The notes beneath the pieces were generated by a model. It saw only the letters and a list, made by a program, of their open reading frames with translations. It made no database searches and had not been told where the DNA came from. Made by a program: the position numbers and the translations under genes. DNA of 64,000 nucleotides from Mobula hypostoma (Eukaryota), in the NCBI RefSeq assembly GCF_963921235.1, contig NC_086108.1, positions 69,256,001 to 69,320,000 of the forward strand, given 5' to 3'. This document shows positions 12,986 to 27,421 of this stretch, in pieces. The first letter of the stretch is position 1; every line of letters begins with the position of its first letter.

Positions 12986-13639
12986 GTAAGGTGATAACAA
13001 AATTTATTTTCAGCTATTCTAAGTGGTATTTTAAAAGACTTTATGTGCATATAAACTCATTTTTAAATTGATATTTAACTTAAGCATGCATATTTTAAAA
13101 TTCCTTTTGTTTCTCAAATTGAGATGAGCAATTTAAGAAAATGTCTCAGTTTCTAATGGATGTAAACGGGTGTTGTAGGGAGAAATGCAAAATACTGTTT
13201 TGGTCAAGGGTCCTATGTTACTGGCGTGCAGGTCTGGAAGCATTGTCCCTGTCAAGCTTTGGAGTGGTGGTTGGGGTCCTGGCGGAGAATCTTCACTTAG
13301 AGTTGAGATTAGAAATAAATTATTGTGGGAATGTTGGTGCATGGGCAAAAATTAGATCTTCATAGATTAGGAAGGAAGGATACTTTCCATGATGATTGAT
13401 GGTGGGGTGTCAGTTCACCAAGAGAAATCAGGCTTTCAGTGAGGAGCAGTGATCATGTTGAGATTGATGTGCTCATTTGGAACCTCTACTTAAAGAGGGA
13501 GAGGAGGAAGAAAGGTTGGCTCAAGTTCCTATAGAATGCAGTATTCAACTCAGGGAACTTAGTAAAAGTGAATTTTCAAAAAAGTAGATGCTGGAAATCT
13601 AAAAAAAAACAAAATTGTCTGGGAATGTTCGGCAAGTCA

Positions 13640-13995
13640 AGTTCAAGATGATAATCAGAATCAGGTTTATTATCACCGGCATGTGATGTGAAATTTATTA
13701 TCTTAGCAGCAGCAGTTAATGCAATACATAATCTAGCAGAGAGAAAAAAATAAATAATAATAATAATAAACAAGTAAATATATATTATGTACAGTATATT
13801 GAATAGATCAAAATATGTGCAAAAACAGAAATACTGTATATTTTTTTTAAAAAGTGAGGTACTGTCCAAAGATTCAATGTCCATTTAGGAATCCGATGGC
13901 AGAGGGGAAGAAGCTGTTCCTGAAACTCTGAGTGTGTGCCTTCAGGCTTCGGTACCTCCTACCTGATGGTAACAATGAGAAAAGGGCATGTGTTC
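13640..13995 (-). mobile_element. Rex1-like LINE 3' end fragment
   Basis: (aatcag)n tail and 3' sequence shared with the other copies in the window. Confidence 0.65.
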
Positions 13996-14974
13996 AAGCT
14001 AGAAAGAATGGTTATGCTTTTGAACAGAGCCAAATCAGCTTTCCAAAGTATAAAGCCCTACAGATTTATCTTACAAAAGGCATTCTATTCTCACCACTTT
14101 GCATCAGTGGATAAAAGCAACAGTTATGTGTATTTATAAAGCATCCATTAAAGTGGTAAAAGTGTTCCATGACATTTCTCATTACATATTATTAATTACA
14201 TATTACATACTAATTACATCTTATGACAGGTGACCAACAAAGGTTTTAAAATGTAACGTAAAGAATGAAAAACACCTGAGAGACAAGCATAAGATGGAAA
14301 TGCAGGTCTTAGTGTTAAACAACTGAAGTGTGGCTGGATGCTGTCACACAATTAAAAGCTTGATTGCATAAAAGGTCAGACTTGGTGAATCAAAGATCTT
14401 GGAGGTGTGTGAATGCTAACTAGAGGGAGTGAGGTCAAGGGAAGGGTAGAAGATAGCAAACATACAACAGGGTTTGCTGAAATTGGAGTGAGGTGGAAAA
14501 AGAGAGAGGACAACTTATACGATGTAAAATCGAACAAGAGAGAAGATTCTCTGAGAGGGCACTTTAGCTAAATTTCTCTCATGGTGTCTGTTTTCCTGCA
14601 CTCTTCAATTGTCGGTATATGTTGCCTTTACTAAAAAATATGTGTATATGTGTGTATGTATGTGTATATGTACATTTAGTATATGAAAATAGTAAGTTAG
14701 GTTTCAGGATCAGGCTAAATGCAGAGCAGGCCAAAGGAGAAGGTATTGAAACTCCTTTTATAAAATAGATTTTTAAGGAAAAATTAGGGAAAGGAATTCC
14801 TTAAGTTTGGGATGGTAACTAAAGGCCAGTTATGGAGTGACAGGATTAGGGAATATACAAAATGAGAGATGTACAGTTGATGACTTGGACTGAGGATATT
14901 CCAGGGATAGAGAAGATGGAGATCATGTCTATTTAAAAAGGCTGAAATTTTAGACTTGAGGAATTGGAATACAT

Positions 14975-15375
14975 TGCCATACCCCCACCATGCAGGCTAT
15001 GGTCTCTTCTCACTGCTTCGATCAGGGGGGAGGTACAAAAGCCTTAGGTCCCACACCACCAAGTACAGAAATAGTTATTACCTGCCAACAACCAGCCTCC
15101 TGAAACTTTGCTCACCTCAGCGCTGAACTGATTCCACAACCTATGGACTCACTTTCAAGGATACCACAACATGTGTTTTCAGTATTATCTATTATTATTT
15201 TTGTATTTATACATCTTGTCTCCTTTTGGACATTGATTGTTTACCAATTTTTATTTGTCTGTTGTTTTTCATTAATTCTATTTTATTTCATTGTTATATT
15301 GTGAATTCCTACAATAGAATGAATCCCTGGGTAGTAAATGGTGATATATATATATATATATATATACACTTTGAT
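14975..15375 (+). mobile_element. Rex1-like LINE 3' end fragment
   Basis: Same 3' coding and UTR sequence as 36280-36700. Confidence 0.65.
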
Positions 15376-17439
15376 CTTCGAATACTGGCAAAGGACAGAC
15401 AGCCAACACTGCAATAATGAAATCTGAAACTGAGAGACAGTTTCTGCCTCAGATGAGCCAAGGTGGACAGTTGGTGTGATAGAAATAGGTCATTATGCGC
15501 TGGAAAGGAATATAGGTTCAGAATGTGGTTTGAATGAAATTGGATATTGAATTTCAGGACTGTTTTGATTCATCAGGGGGAGAATAAGGATATGAAAGAT
15601 GGAAGTCAGATCATGGTTCAGCAGGTGAACCATTAATGAAGTATGACAATGAACATTGAAACAAAGAAGTAGTTATTAAGATTTGGGAAATTTCATAGAG
15701 GGTGCATAGGAAAGCAAGCTGCTTTAGAGGGTTTGCAGGTGGGTGATCTAACAAACTAATTTTTCATGGTTTGAACTTCGACTGAAATAACAAGAGGAGC
15801 TGGATTATGTCAGATGGAATAGTCAAGGAGTTAGCTGTGACTTTGGGAGAACAGAGTATGTGGAAGTGGAGGAGAATTTAGTCAACACAGCCAATTCAAT
15901 AAAAAGAGAAGAGGCAAGATGAGTTGAAATGATGCTGCTGGAAACTGTCACCAGTGAAGAAAAAGATTAATGACCTCACTACTGACGCAAGTCAATGACC
16001 AAAGTATTAAATTCCAACTACCAACAACTGCATAGCTAAACACAAGAACCTGCTGCTACCACAACACTCTGTCACAAATCCCACGGCTTACACACCCAGC
16101 TATTCGCATTGCAGGCATATCGTACAGTTACATGTCTTCCAAAACGCTCATCCTTTGATAACAAACTATCACCAACTATATCAATAGAGTAAATTAGTTC
16201 TGCCCAAACATATTATAACTTTCCTTGTCCGTAGAGTGGTATTTTATTACCGTATTCAAAATCATTTGAGTTTCTTCCAGAATCTCGTGAATTTTGGAAG
16301 ACGGTCAACAATGTTTTAACTGGTACAGCGGCAAGCTCTTCATAACTGTAGATGACTCCAGCAAAGCCAGCTAGTTTGTTAGGTTTTCTCCCTTTAATTT
16401 CTCCAGTACCATCTTATAAATGTTACTTTAATTACTCAACATCATTTTAACTTTTGTTTCCCTTATCCCTACAACATTTAGTTTATTGTACTCAAGGCAA
16501 GAAGAAAATGTGGTTAATGCCTCAGCCAATTCTTTCATTCCTTATTATTTCTCATGCCTTTGCTCCTAAAGGATTATGCATTTACTTATTCTCCTTTATG
16601 CATGGTTCTAGAACACCTACAGTATTTTTCTCTACTTCTGTCCTGTATTCTATATAATCTTTGTCCTTTTTAATCAATTTTGATCATTCTTTGCTATCTT
16701 CAAGAAACACTCAAGTCCTCACATTTGATACTGTTACACAAATGTGGTACCGTGAAAATCCAATAATCAGGCACCCTACAGTTTGTGGTGGTGTTGCACT
16801 GCCATATTTTCCAGACTATTGGATGGCATTGATTTCTCCCCCCAGCCACCCAGTCCACTTTCAATTTACCACGTACGCCTTGTTCATCCATTTGTGCGTG
16901 TCAGTCTGGGCCTTCGTAATTTGTTCTGCTGCCTGATACACCATTTCTGTCCCTAAATAATAATATTCAAGGTAATATCTATTACTGGTCTGCTTGATTA
17001 ACCAAGACTGTATGCAGTTCAAATGTCTTCTTGCTAGCCTGCTCTTGTTGGCAACATTGCAAATCTATTTTTCTCTATTAACACAAACATTAACTTTTAT
17101 TGTTAGGTGCAGACAATAATTGCTCCCACATAGTTTTTAGTTTTCAAAGAAATATACATTTATTGAGAATTATGAAATATTTATTTTAGTGTTTGCTGTT
17201 GAATATGTGCAGATAAACATTTCCAATACTTTGTCAATTCCCTCTAGCATCTGCTGAAGTAATTGGCTTTATTTAAGTTCAGAGTTCCAGTGTCAGATAG
17301 GCCTGCGCCATTTTCAAACTATGAATACAAACTTGTATTTATCATATGATGCTCATTTTTCTTTCCTAGAGGTTGCTTGCAAATTAACTCTCATTACACA
17401 AATTAAGGTCCAAAGAAACCTGTCCTCACATTAGAAAAA

Positions 17440-18672
17440 AACATAGAAACATAGAAAACCTATAGCACAATACAGGCTCTTCAGCCCACAAAGCTGTGCT
17501 GAACATGTCCTTACCTTAGAAATTACCTGGGGTTACCCATTGCCCTCTATTTTTCTAAGCTCCATGTACCTATCCAGGAATCTCTTAAAAGACCCTATCA
17601 TATCTGCCTCCACCACCGTCACCTGCAGCCCATTCCACGCACACACCACTTTCTGCTTAAAAAGATCTTGCCCCTGACATCTCCTCTGTACCTACTTCCA
17701 AGCACCTTAAAATTGTGCCCTCTCATGATAGCCATTTCAGCCCTGGGAAAAAGCCTCTGACTATCCACACGATCAATGCCTCTCATTATCTTATACACTC
17801 CTATCAGGTCACCTCTCATCCTCCGTCGCTGCAGGGAGAAGAGGCTGAGTTCACTCAACCTATTCTCATAAGGCATGCTCCCCAATCCAGGCAACATCCT
17901 TTTAATTCTCCTCTGCACCATTTCTATGGTTTCCACATCCTTCCTGTAGTGAGGTGACCAGAACTGAGCACAGTACTCCAGGTGGGGTCTGACCAGGGTC
18001 CTATATAGCTGCAACATTAACTCTCATCTCCTAAACTCAATCCCACGGTTGATGAAGGCCAATGCACCGTATGCCTTCTTTACCACAGAGTCAACCTGCA
18101 CAGCAGATTTGAGTGTCATATGGACTCTGACCACAAGATCTCTCTGATCCTCCACACTGCCAAGAGTCTTACCATTAAAATTATATTCTGCCATCATAGT
18201 TGACCTACCAAAATGAACCACCTGACCCTTATCTGGGTTGAACTCCATCTACCACTTCTCAGCCCAGTTTTGCATCCTATCAATGTCCCGCTGTAACCTC
18301 AGACAACCCTCCACACTATCCACAACATCCCCAACCTTTGTGTCATTGGCAAATTTACTAACCCATCCCTCCACTTCTTCATCCAGGTCATTTATAAAAA
18401 TCATATAGGCATCCCAGAACAGATCCCTGAGGCACACCACTGGTCACGGACCTCCATGCAGAATATGACCCGTCCACAACCACACTTTGTCTTCTGTGGG
18501 CAAACTAGTTCTGGATCCACAAAGCAATGTCCCCTTGGATCCCAAGCCTCCTTACCTTCTCAATAAGCCTTGCATTGGGTACCTTATCAAATGCCTTGCT
18601 GAAATCCATATGTACTACATCTACTGCTCTATCTTCATCAATGTGTTTAGTCACATCCTCAAAAAATTCAAT
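17440..18672 (-). mobile_element. CR1-type LINE, 5'-truncated, relatively young
   Basis: MDFSKAFDKVP, KFANDTKVG, LVRPHLEYCAQFWSP; (acatagaa)n tail. Confidence 0.92.
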
Positions 18673-19639
18673 CACATTGGTTATATAGAATTTTGCTCCA
18701 GAAAATGCCCTGGATAATTGTTGTGAACTCAGCATGATCACTACTTCTGCCAGTTTGATTTACAGTTATGGAGTTGCAAAGCGTAGAAATGCTGTAAAAC
18801 TCTATAACTGAGGCCGATCGTGTCTAGGTCGACCATCATATCCATGGTTGAATACTGATGTTCTCGATCTGAGGTTCTTCAGAAGTCAAGAGTGAGGCAT
18901 AAGACTTGTTGCTTACGTCCATTTTTATTCAATGCTAAAAGAACAAAGGAATGTGGAAAGTGGGATAATGAGGATCATGAGTCTAGCAACGAGACAAAGA
19001 CAAAAGAGACAAAGAGACCAATCCAAACTGGTTTGGTCCTCTTATGCCAGATTGTTGATAACAGTAAATTCCATTTCCAATTCCATTGCTTAATTAACCA
19101 ATAAGATAGCCTTTTTTCAAGTAATGTGAATGCCACCACTGAACATAAATTGTCTCCAGAAAGAGGCAACTGCAAACATTAAAAACACACTGAACGATCA
19201 CTGAACAATTTTATAATTACATAAAAATACAAACAAGCATAAGAAAGTTCAATTACAAGGGAAATAAGTTATACAATCCAATCCAACACTGTCTATACTA
19301 ATTCCACTTGCTTGCATTAATTCCATATCATTCTATCCCCCACACAATCCAGTAATCTCAAGGTGCCTATTCAATGTTACATTAGCAGCTTAGACCAATC
19401 ATAACACACAACTTTTCTGTTTAATAGCAATTTCAGCACTTGATATAAAATGAGTTTGAAGAAGCCTTGTATATGATCACTAAATCCATGAAGGATCTCT
19501 GTATCTTGGTACATTTACTTGTTTAAATTATATTAATTACCTTGGAGCTGTCGAAACTAATGGGTTTTGAATGACCTGTTCTCCTGAATGATAAGAAAAT
19601 GCTAGTGTAGAGCCTTTGAAGATACCTGTCAGTGTTTTT

Positions 19640-20465
19640 ATTGTTTCAAAGATATATTTAATGTCAGGTAAATGTATACAATATACATCCTGAAACTCTT
19701 TTTCTTCACAGCCATCCATGGAAACAGGAGTGCCCCAAAGAATGAATGATAATTAAATGTTAGTACCCCAAAGCCCCCCCCCAGTTCCCTCCCACCCACA
19801 CGTAAGCAGCAGCAAAGCAACAATCCTCCCTCCCCCACCAGCAATAGAAGCATCAGCGCCCCCCCCACCAAGCACTCAAGCGGCAGCAAAGCGTCAATAA
19901 AGACACAGACTTGCAGTACCCCAAAGACTACTCGTTCACTGGTAATTCAACATACCACAGGCTCTGTCTCCCTAATAAGGGAAAAAGAGGTATAACCGTT
20001 TCACAGCGAGTGGGGAGACATAACAAACAACTCGCTGATTTACAATGTTAAAAAAACAATTGCGTCACTTCTTCCGAGCTCTGTGCCCAAAGAAATTGGG
20101 TTTCTGGGCACACAGCCAGCAGCCAACTTGCTGCTTTTGATCTTCCACCTCCCACGACACACCAATTTCCTGCGGAGGCACCAATCTCGAATCCGCCCGC
20201 CTACAGAGCCACGAAATCCCCAAACCCTGAAGGCGCGCTAGTCTTCTAGGCCACATCCTTGGTATATTGAATAGTGGCCAGGCGTGAGACCCCAAGAGTG
20301 GATCCTATTCCCGCAAAGAACCAAAGTCAGCATGTAACTCCAGGCCAGGGTCTTCAAAAGAACCCTGAAAGGGAAAAATAGAGATATTAAAGATAGAATT
20401 AGAGCTGTTTCCAAAGATGCAAGCAAAGAAGTTGCTGTTAGGCGCCATTGTCTCCTAAGCTCCAC
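19640..20465 (-). mobile_element. ~0.8-kb non-autonomous retroelement, copy 2
   Basis: Homologous to 4698-5505 at both ends. Confidence 0.7.
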
Positions 20466-21099
20466 CACCTTATATTAAATAATATTGTTATTATTTATTC
20501 ATTCAAGTAACATTATTAACCATACATAGCTGCCTGCTGAGATTGGGAAAATATTAGACCTCACCAATATGGTTGATTCTTGAGCCACACTGAGGCAAGA
20601 ACAGCAGATAGTTTTTCACCTGAAGGATATTAGCAAGACGGGTTGGCTGTTTTAAACAGTTGGCAGCGTGATTCAATGGCAGTTTTCACTAGTTGGCCTG
20701 AGCCCGAAATCAGTAAATTTTCCACCAGGCCATGTAAGATGTAAAGAAAACTAGGTCAGAAAAGATGTGGAATCAGAATCAGCTTTAATATTACTGGCAT
20801 ATGTTGTAAAATTTGTTGTTTTGCAACAAGTGTATAGATTGGGTTTGAATTGAAAATGAATGGAGTTTGACTTCAAGTTCCAGAAGACATGTTGATGGGG
20901 GCTTATCATGGAAACATGCCTGAGATGTTTTGTCAGAAAAAAGCTTTGTTTTCGGTTAAAAGTAACAGTTTTTTTAAAATGCCTCTGACATTCATAAATA
21001 TTTTTTAATAAAGCATTAAAATTGATGTGAATTATTGGATCATCTGAAAAAATAGTTAATTAAAAATCAAAACATATAAAATAACTACTTCATCTACTG

Positions 21100-21990
21100 C
21101 ACAGAGTCTTGCCATCTTCAGAAGTTTCTGATGACTCTGCCATTGTTGGATGCGTCAGCAAGGGAGATGAGACTAAGTACAGGGCTATGGTAGGAAACTT
21201 TGTCACATGGTGTGAGCAGAATTATCTGCAGCTTAATGTGAAAACGACTAAGGAGCTGGTGGTGGACCTGAGGAGGGCTAAGGCACCGGTGACCCCTGTT
21301 TCCATCCAGGGGGTCAGTGTGGACATGGTGGAGGATTACAAATACCTGGGGATACAAATTGACAATAAACTGGACTGGTCAAAGAACACTGAGGCTGTCT
21401 ACAAGAAGGGTCAGAGCTGTCTCTATTTCCTGAGGAGACTGAGGTCCTTTAACATCTGTCAGACGATGCTGAGGATGTTCTACGAGTCTGTGGTGGCCAA
21501 TGCGATCATGTTTGCTGTTGTGTGCTGGGGCAGCAGGCTGAGGGTAGCAGACACCAACAGAATGAACAAACTCATTCGTAAGGCCAGTGAAGCTGTGGGG
21601 TTGGAACTGGACTCTCTCACAGTGGTGTCTGAAAAGAAGATGCTGTCCAAATGCATGCCATCTTGGACAATGTCTCCCATCCACTACATAATGTACTGGT
21701 TGGGCACAGGAGTACATTCAGCCAGAGACTCATTCTACCGAGATGCAACACAGAGCGTCATAGGAAGTCATTCCTGCCTGTGGCCATCAAACTTTACAAC
21801 CCCTCCCTTGGAGGGTCAGACACCCTGAGCCAATAGGCTGGTCCTGGACTTATTTCCTGGCATAATTTACATACTATTATTTAATTATTTATGGTTTTAT
21901 ATTGCTATATTTATACTCTATTGTTGGTTGATGCAACTGTAACGAAACCCAATTTCCCTCGGGATCAATAAAGTATGACTATGACTATAA
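21100..21990 (+). mobile_element. Rex1/Babar-like LINE 3' portion
   Basis: SDDSAIVG, LQLNVKTTKELVVD, YKYLG, LYFLRRLRSF; AATAAA plus (tatgac)n tail. Confidence 0.88.
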
Positions 21991-22589
21991 CATTCCAAAC
22001 ATTGAAGTAAAATAAGTTTAAAAAAAATAATCTACAGAATGTGGAAGACAATAATTCCTCATTGAAATGAATGGTGTCTTAGGTACCATCTGAAACATTA
22101 CTGGACACTTTCAAGGACTCTTCATCTCATATTCTCAACATTAGACACTTATTTATTTATTTATTTATTGTTGTTATTTTGTTTTTTTCTTTTTGTATTT
22201 GCACAGTTTGTTGCCTTGCACATTGGTCAATTGTCTATCTTGTGTATGTTTATCATACATTTTATTCTGTTTCTTTGTATTTACTGTGAATACCTGCAAG
22301 AAAATGAATCCCAGGGTAGTATATGTGTCATTTATGTACTTCAATAATAAATTTATTTTAATAAGAGTTGGTTGACCATTTTTTCAGCACAATTCTTGGG
22401 GAATCCCAGCAAGATCAGGTTCTGTTACTGTACTTATTTCTATGGATAAATTCCAGCAAATCCTTGGGAACATTAGGCCATGACCAGCAAGAGTTGAACT
22501 AGTCATGTGATGAAACAGGCTATATATTTATATATATTCTGTAAGGTGCTAAAATGTTATGTGATTTTGATTTTACAGAAGGAGATCAT

Positions 22590-23845
22590 TTAAAGTTCAA
22601 AGTAAATTTATTATCAAAGTACATAGAAGTCACCATATACAACCCTGAGATTCATTTTCTTATGGGCATAGTCAAAAAATCCAATAACCATAATAGAATC
22701 AATGAAAGACCACACCAACAAGGCAGAAAAACAGTGTGCAAAAGATTACAAACTGTGCAAGCACAAAAAGAAAGAAGAAAAGAAAATTATAATAAATAAC
22801 TCAGTAATAAATATCGAGAACCTGCGATGAACAGTCCTTGACAGTCCATAGGTTGTGGGAACAGTTCAGTGAGGGGGCACGTGAAGGTGAGTGAGGTTAT
22901 CCCCTCTGGTTCGAGAGCCTTATCATTGAGGGGTAAAAACTGTGAACCTGATGATGTGAGTTCTGAGGCTTCTGTACCACCTTCCTGATCACAGCAGCAA
23001 GAAGAGAGCATGACCTGCGTGGTGGGGTTCCCTGAAGATGGATGCTGTGACAATACTCCATGTAAATGTGCTGAACGGTGGGGAGACTTTATCTGTGATG
23101 GACTGGGCCATATCCACTACTTATTGTAGGATTTTCTGTTGGAGGGCATCAGTGTTTCCATACCTTGCCATAATGCAACCAGCCAATATCCTCTCCACCA
23201 CACATTTATAGAAGTTTGTCAAAGTTTTTGATGCCATGCTGAAACTTTGCAGACTCCTAAGTGTGTTTCTGTGCTTTCTTTATAATTACACTTGCTGCAT
23301 GTACTGTGCCCAGGACAGGTCCTCTGAAATGACAACACCGAGGAATTTAAAGTTGCTAACCCTCTCCACCCCGATCCTCCAATGAGAATTGGCTCATTGA
23401 CCTCTGGTTTCCTTCTCCATAAGCCAACAATCAACTCTTTGGTGATGCTGACACTGAGTGAGAGGTTGTTGTTGTGGCACCACTCAGCTAGATTTCCAAT
23501 CTCCCTCCTGTATGCTGATTCATCCCCATCTTCAATTCAGCCTAAGTTAGTGGTGACGTCAGCAGCTTACATATGGCATTGGAGCTGTGCTTAGCCACAC
23601 ACTCATAAGTGTAAACTGATGAGAGTGGGGGATGAAGCACACAGTCTTGTGGAGCTGTGCTGATGGAGATTGTGGAGGAGATGTTGTTGCTGATCTGACC
23701 TGACTGGGGTCTGCAAGTGAGGAAATCGAAGATCTAGTTTCACAAGAAGGTACTGAGCCCAAGGTCCTGAAGCTTAATGAGTAGCTTTGAAGGGACAATA
23801 GTATTCAATGCCAAGCTGTAGTCTATAAAGAGCATCATGATGTTT
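22590..23845 (-). mobile_element. Degenerate Rex1-like LINE
   Basis: RT remnants homologous to 5500-6300 and the shared 3' UTR. Confidence 0.75.
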
Positions 23846-24570
23846 TAATTTTAAATCATGAAGTAGATGTTGTATGTTACAGAATCATTGGAAGTGACTT
23901 ATCTGATTCCTCATCCTTTTAGGAATTCAGCCAGTAGTACATCATCATTGCAGTTAATTGGGTATAAACCCAGCCCCAGATTTTCATAAATTTGCAGAGA
24001 TAACTGATGATAATCATCTTTGACTATTCTATCACATATTTTAACAATGTAGTAGTATCCAAATATAAATCTTGGAGTCAAAGTGTCAGAGGCCCCACTC
24101 ACAAACTTGCACTTTCTGAATTTGGCATTCCCCAGAACTGCAACAGATCTGGACTTCCATGATCAGTTAATGTCATCCTAAATCTTAAGGATCATGCTCT
24201 TTCAAAATCAGGAAATGTTCCCATGCCTCTGATTGTACTACCTGTGTGAGAATGATTGTAGAGAGTCATAAGCTGATCGAAGCAATCCATGCACAAATCT
24301 TTAATGAGTCCATCCTGAATCCATATTTCCAGCCTAATGTTCTTTGTTTGACTGGAGGATTTCTAGGACTGTTCGAAGAAGGTTTATTAGTGAAGCAGGA
24401 AGGAAGAAGAAATCCAATTGAAACAGATTCCATTTGTAATCCTTGGCCTTTAAGCTTTGCTTTCCCAAAACCTAGTTTTTTGTGTTCATCTCTTCCCTCT
24501 TATATATTAGAAGAATATTTAAACTATTAAGAACAAATTATAATTTTTTAATTTTTTTTATTTGCTTTAG

Positions 24571-24708
24571 TAATTAAGGAGAAACATGGTTGTGATGCTC
24601 ATCCATGCTTGAATAATGGAAAATGTGTTTTAAGGCCAGAGAGTTCACTTGGATATGTGTGCATTTGCTCCCCTGGATATTCTGGAGACTTCTGTCAATG
24701 TGCTGCAA
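24571..24708 (+). CDS. Exon B: EGF-like domain
   Basis: tttgctttag acceptor and gtaagt donor; symmetric phase 1-1. CDAHPCLNNGKCVLRPESSLGYVCICSPGYSGDFCQ has canonical six-cysteine EGF spacing. Confidence 0.93.
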
Positions 24709-24848
24709 GTAAGTAGTACAATTTTTTAACATCATGGCTTCTAGTTTATGTAATTATAAGTGTACGCATGTTTAAATGTAAATATTTTAATCCTTGAAAT
24801 AGACGTTTACACTTAAATGCTGAAAAGTTTCTCTGCTTGTCTTTGCAG

Positions 24849-24954
24849 GTACAAATAAATCTGCATCATCGGTTATGACTACTGGATGTATTGTGATACT
24901 GCTTCTCCTCATTGCACTGGGCTACCTGATTTACTTGCATTTTTTCAGGGACAG
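24849..24954 (+). CDS. Exon C: transmembrane helix
   Basis: ctttgcag acceptor and gtaaga donor; phase 1 to 2. Reads STNKSASSVMTTGCIVILLLLIALGYLIYLHFFRDR, a hydrophobic run followed by basic residues. Confidence 0.9.
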
Positions 24955-25701
24955 GTAAGAAGTTTCATCATGACCTCAATTTATCTTGGAGCAATAGAAG
25001 TGGTCAGAAGTGCCCTGACCAGGATATTAAATTTTTTCTTTAACATTGTAGGAAACATTATCCCTCAGATGAAACACCAACAATGGATCAACAACCACAT
25101 TCCAGAATGCCACCCAGAATGCATAAACCGACAGTTTTCAGACCCAAGGATCGAGAATCACCTGCACAAAATGTTTGTAGCCAGCTTTCCAATAGCCTTC
25201 AATTGCATTAACTTCTGCTAAGTATATTTGTATAATTAACAGTCAGTAAGCTGTCTTCTTTTAATCTTTCAAAGTTTTTATTTTGGATGTGAATGAAATG
25301 CTTTCCTTTAAGTCAGGGTTAACTTAAACTTCATTTGTAAAGTTAATGTTTTGATCATTTGGTGTAAAATAAATGCAATTAATCCTCCTCACACAAGCCC
25401 AATAGTTCAAACTGGCAACAGAGGTCACCCCAGTGAGTCAGAAATGTCAAATAGTCTCAGCAGGATTCCAGAATACTTCTATCAAGCCTTAACTGTTCAT
25501 GTTAGGCTTTGATTGTTCACCTTTTGGCAAACAGTTTTTTTGTTCCACCCATCAGAAGTATCGTACAAGAACACTGCTTTCGGATTAAATAGCTATCAAG
25601 TCAAACATCTATTTAAATTCTATTTACAGAACCAACATAATTCTGTTATCAAGATCCCTGGATCATTTCAACAACTAATTTTCATACCAGACATATCTTC
25701 T

Positions 25702-25879
25702 GCTTCTGCAGTAAGATTTGAATTAAAATCTTTTTTTAGTTTGTCCCATAAAACATTACATCATGAGGAGACAAGAAAATGATTGTGCCCTTAATTTAGA
25801 AATTTAATAGACAACTTTGGTGCTGCTTTAAGAGCCAGAATGTTGATAAAATATTCATTTAAAAAGGTTGAGATCAATC
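25702..25879 (+). repeat. Direct repeat copy 1 flanking the HERO-like element
   Basis: Near-identical to 26993-27164. Confidence 0.92.
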
Positions 25880-26992
25880 TCGTTACTTGTTACATACACC
25901 TGTTAGGGCGCATTCTCCAGATACCTTATAAGGTAACCGTGGCCTTCAGCCAGGAGCAGATGTCATCAGGTGGTTCCCAACTTCACAGAGTGTTTTGACC
26001 CTTAACCACGACACTCTCCAGTTGGTGGGCCAGCAGTGGTGGCCAAATCACTGCCCATCTGCTCCTGGCTTCCAGCTTCCCTCCTCTCACCTACTCCAAA
26101 TCCAACAAGAGACTCGTTCTGCCTCTTCCCCCATCCTACGAGTTGCTTGTTTTTTGCTCCTTTTGTCCAGGCCCAGAGCTGACAACAACTGCCATGCTGA
26201 TTTGGCTGGGAAACCTCTGCAGCCGATCTCTACAGGGAGCAACCATGCCTGCCATCCCTTGTCTTTGCACTCCTGCACTAAGGGCTGGTACTTCAAGCCC
26301 TGTCTTTCATGGGCCTCTTCCCACCCCTCCTCCCACGGCACGGTCAGCTCAACCAGAATTATTTTCCTGTCTTCAGTTGACCACAGTACAATGTCTGGGC
26401 ATAGGGTTGTGTGCACCACACCCAGGAACTTCAACCACCTTCCCACATCGACCCTCATCTCCCAGGTCCTGGCCGTTAGCAGCAGATTGGGCTTTGGTTG
26501 TTTGGTTACAAAAGGTCTGACTCCCTTTTTGATGAAGGTGATGGCCTTCCTCAAATCTGTGCCAGCCGTCCTCTTCTTGCTTCTCTTTCTCTAGTGTGTC
26601 AGCAAGAGCCAGAAGCATTTTATCATGGCGCCACCTATAACGTCCTTGAGGTAGAGCTGTTTTACACCCGGACAGTATATGTGCCAGTGTCCCCTTTTGA
26701 CCACAGAGCTTACAGTTCGAGTCCTCTCTCATCACCCATGTGTACAGATGTAATGGTGAAGGAAGGGTGTCATACACAAATCGCAAGAGGAAGGAAATAC
26801 GGAAGGGCTCCAGTCTCCATAACTCTGCCCATGAGATCCTGCTCTTGGGCAGATCCCATTTTGTCCAGGCACCCTGAGACCCGTGTTCCACTGCCTTCTC
26901 TTCCTCACGGATCCGTACTTCTGCCTCTATCATGTCTCGCGTTATGCTTGCATTTCCCCAATGCTGGAAGTGAACTGAGCCAAGGCCTTGCC
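25880..26992 (-). mobile_element. HERO-like non-LTR retrotransposon (restriction-like endonuclease), 5'-truncated
   Basis: CKLC-x7-H-x4-C knuckle, RYRWRHD, and PDIVLWS...LVELTVPWEE (PD-(D/E)xK type). Confidence 0.88.
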
Positions 26993-27164
26993 GCTTCTGC
27001 AGTAAGATTTGAATTAAAATCTTTTTTATTTCATCCCATAAAACATTACATCATGAGGAGACAAGAGAATGATTTTGCCCTTAATTTAGAAATTTAATAG
27101 ACAATTTTGGTGCTGCTTTAAGAGCCAGAATATTGATATTCACTTAAAAAGGTTGAGATCAATC
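26993..27164 (+). repeat. Direct repeat copy 2 flanking the HERO-like element
   Basis: Near-identical to 25702-25879, with a few substitutions and a small indel. Confidence 0.92.
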
Positions 27165-27421
27165 AAAGATATGTATGTAGATAGATTTGTTATTTATTTG
27201 ATGGATATTTTTGAAGAATTAACAGGGAGGATTATTGAGATTTTTACGAAGTTTGACATGGATTTTAGAAGGTGGACGAGATCATGATGGGGAGAATGAT
27301 AAATTTAAAATTATGATGAATTAAAACATTCTTAGTTTTATATAATGTAAAGTATTACTTTGTAAATATAATCTTTAAATATTTGTTGGAAGAACCAAGT
27401 TCTGCACCTGGACCAAAGGTA

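Noticed and set aside
25995..27097. Long + strand ORFs (199 aa each)
   Set aside because: They are antisense shadows of the HERO-like coding region.
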